From: Fimbriosthenelais zetlandica
Lineage: Eukaryota
Length of the DNA stretch: 64,000 bases
Direction: 5' to 3'
Assembly (NCBI GenBank): GCA_977030845.1
Contig: OZ365112.1
Span: 17,980,001-18,044,000, forward strand
Positions 61,470-64,000 of this stretch are shown here, piece by piece. Made by a program: the position numbers and the translations under genes. Below the pieces are notes generated by a model. That model was not told where the DNA came from. It did not search any database and saw nothing but the letters and a program-made list of their open reading frames with translations. Position 1 is the stretch's first letter; every line of letters begins with the position of its first letter.

Positions 61470-64000
61470 AGATTCACATCTATCAAATAAAAATTGTTTG
61501 ATTGGTTGGGAACTTTTTAGTTGAGTGAACATAGTTATTGGACGGGCCTGGGAATGTTGCTGACCTAAGTCAACATGGATTCTCAGTAAGCCTCACGTTG
61601 CCTTGATTTTTTTTTAATGAAAAAGCTCATATATTTTTAGAAAAAAAATATATTTGATAGATATTAATTCTCACATTTAACCTGTAGACTACATGTGGGT
61701 ATATGTTCTAGGAAGGCTAAGGGTAGGCTGATATTGGTGTTGGTTAAGAAGCCTTGTCCCTGTATGTACACATCAGCAAACTGCCTCATGTTTACACTGG
61801 CCTTCATGTGCAAATTACACCTTTCTCCCCCATAGACACAACAAAGATTTTTGTGACCTCTTTTGCATACCATGCCAATAATTCTGTACATAATAAGCAT
61901 TGGCTCCAGTCTATATCTTTCCTGAGAATGAAATAAGAATTCAAAGTTGATTTTTGAAAAGAGCTAATTCATGGTACACCATTGCCAGTTACTCCCCTCC
62001 CAAATATTGAGAGTGTATATTGCAATCCACTCCATATTTGTGAGAATGTCCAGAAATCCCCCATCTGAGCTATACTGCATGTGACATATTGAAAACAGGA
62101 ATGACAATTGTGTGAGATGGGCTGAGCTGTCGTGAGGGGTAGATAAATATAACTTCTATGGCAACAGGTTTGTTATGGGATTCAAGTTTACCCTTCATAT
62201 CTGTGTCAAGCCTACTGATATTTACCCTGAAGATCCGAAACAACCTTCTACCTGGATAATTTTCATTTCAGGGATTTCTCAAGGTATGAAAATAGCTCAT
62301 CATACCCAAGAAATGTCGGGGGGATTTATGTGTAAAAATTCACGTTGCTGTCCGGTCCTTTCCAAACTAAGAGACATGCACCTACAAGAATGTTATAGTT
62401 TATGATTACTTAAATTATAGTTATTAAAATTTATATATCCTTGCCTTTATCAGTGACTGTTTTACTAGCAAGTACATGTAGTGCGTCTCATGTGAAGGCT
62501 GGAATGTTAAATGAAGTAACATTCCATTCACCTCCCATTACCACACATTATATTTAACAGCATTTTATTTTAGTTATTTAGTAATATTTACAGTGAAGGA
62601 TACGTCGTATTCTTGTATCCTATCATCATAAATATCACTTTATAATAGAATATTCCTGTCACAGGTCACTGATATGATGGTCAAATTGATCTGAGCCACA
62701 GAAAGATATCAGCATGAAAATAATCTTGGTTCATGTGTATGTGTACATGGATGTCCCCGCTTGTGTGTATAGGGTATGTGTGTGCATGTAGGTGTTAGTG
62801 TATGATTATCCCAATACAGACTTAAACCAGCAAGTTCATGGGCAGACAAGCATGCATGCATGATGTATAGATCACATAGCTACTGCACGCTATACCTTAC
62901 ACCGTATGGTTGGCTGCCCAGTCTCTGACCCGTAGACACACTCAATGCCTCTCACTCACATGCTTTACCAGTCTGTACCTTGCGTAAAAAGAATTTCATT
63001 TTTTCCGGCAAATTAAAAGCCCAACCTGAATTATCTATGTGGTTGTTATCCCATTATCAATGGCCATTCCGCATGTATTAATTACAGATTTAATCATCTT
63101 AATCTGAATTGAAATATTCTTCCCCTTTAGAGGGCCATTGATATACAGTTCCCAATTTTTTCTCAGTAGACTAATGATACGCATTCATTAATTGGCATCA
63201 AATCATTCTTGGAATCATGCCAGGTTGGATCTTGAGTCGTGGGGCTCAACTGTGAAGTTGGGACTTTGCTATGGGAATAGACAGTATGAGCCTTCAAAAA
63301 GACTTTAATTATTACAGTTGATTGTGATTGTTCAGAGAGATGAACAGTATTATTGCCAATAATTCCTTTCAATGAAGGAAGACAGACAAGTAGAAAACAA
63401 TGAACGATGGGCAAGGCTATAAGACAGAAGGCCTTAGTGCCCTGTGGTATGAGAGGGTGAATTTCCTGTGTTGGTAAAGGCTTTCTCTGGCTGTGGTAAG
63501 ACCTTGCTTGGTATGGCATGGACACTGTCTACATGCACCAGGAGTCTGTTGATATTGTACCGTATCAGAACATACCCTTCCTCATTGTGTTCTGTGTAAC
63601 TGGCCTATTTCTCCCTCAACTCAGTTTTCTCTTTTTAAAAAGGACATGTTCTCTCTTCACATCTGTTAGTTGAGGCTCGCCTAAGTGGGGTCTCATTGGA
63701 GGAGGATATGTGTTTTTCACCTGAAAACGAGCTGTTTGTAGTCCTGACATGGGATTTGTAATCTGATGGGTATTGTATACACTCAGCTTTCTCAGCATTA
63801 ATGAGTTTGATCAGCAGAAGGGCGAATAAAGGAAGCACGCAGCCCATGCATGCATGGGTTAAGCTGCTTAGTAATTCACATTTCTCCATCCCATACAAAG
63901 TTGGTCAAAAAAAGTTTTTGAATGTCATCCCCATAATGATATGTCTTGAAAATATAACACATCTGGAACTATTTTTGCTACTTTAAATTTTATTTATACA

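Noticed and set aside
61344-61532. Candidate N-terminal FA58C exon
   Set aside because: Lacks the ASS/ARL/W motifs and a clear in-phase donor.
63163-63525. 120-aa minus-strand ORF with PYQARS as an upstream discoidin exon
   Set aside because: A stop lies just upstream, there is no splice support and no other FA58C residues.

Overview
AT-rich eukaryotic genomic DNA from an invertebrate, probably an annelid or related lophotrochozoan, judged from the neuropeptide repertoire. No prokaryotic features, CRISPR arrays, rRNA or tRNA were seen. I assembled spliced gene models by hand from GT-AG sites and checked exon phase continuity. (1) A 205-aa RYamide/LFRWamide-type neuropeptide precursor (+; candidate non-coding exon ~2322-2401, signal exon 12476-12554, peptide exon from 21267) whose ~10-kb and ~9-kb introns contain decayed retroelements. 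(2) MED27 (+, 8 exons), preceded by a ~325-bp promoter unit in three tandem copies. (3,4) Two tandem 14-exon type-I membrane receptor paralogs (-). In both, a two-exon WSC domain is inserted inside the first C-type lectin domain; only one paralog also has a vWA domain. (5) A secreted S1 serine protease (+, 7 coding exons). (6) A ~1562-aa receptor-like protein (+): CUB, 3xLDLa and 2xEGF exons joined to a single 3.5-kb exon encoding a Pmp-like beta-helix, a Cys-rich region and ~9-10 TM segments. (7) A mitochondrial acyl-CoA dehydrogenase (+; 8 exons seen, 3' end not found). (8) Two terminal exons of an opposite-strand discoidin (FA58C) gene downstream of ACAD exon 8, probably nested in its intron. 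The strongest novelty candidates are the WSC-in-CTLD receptors and the chimeric beta-helix multipass receptor. Domain and family assignments come from motif recognition, not database searches.
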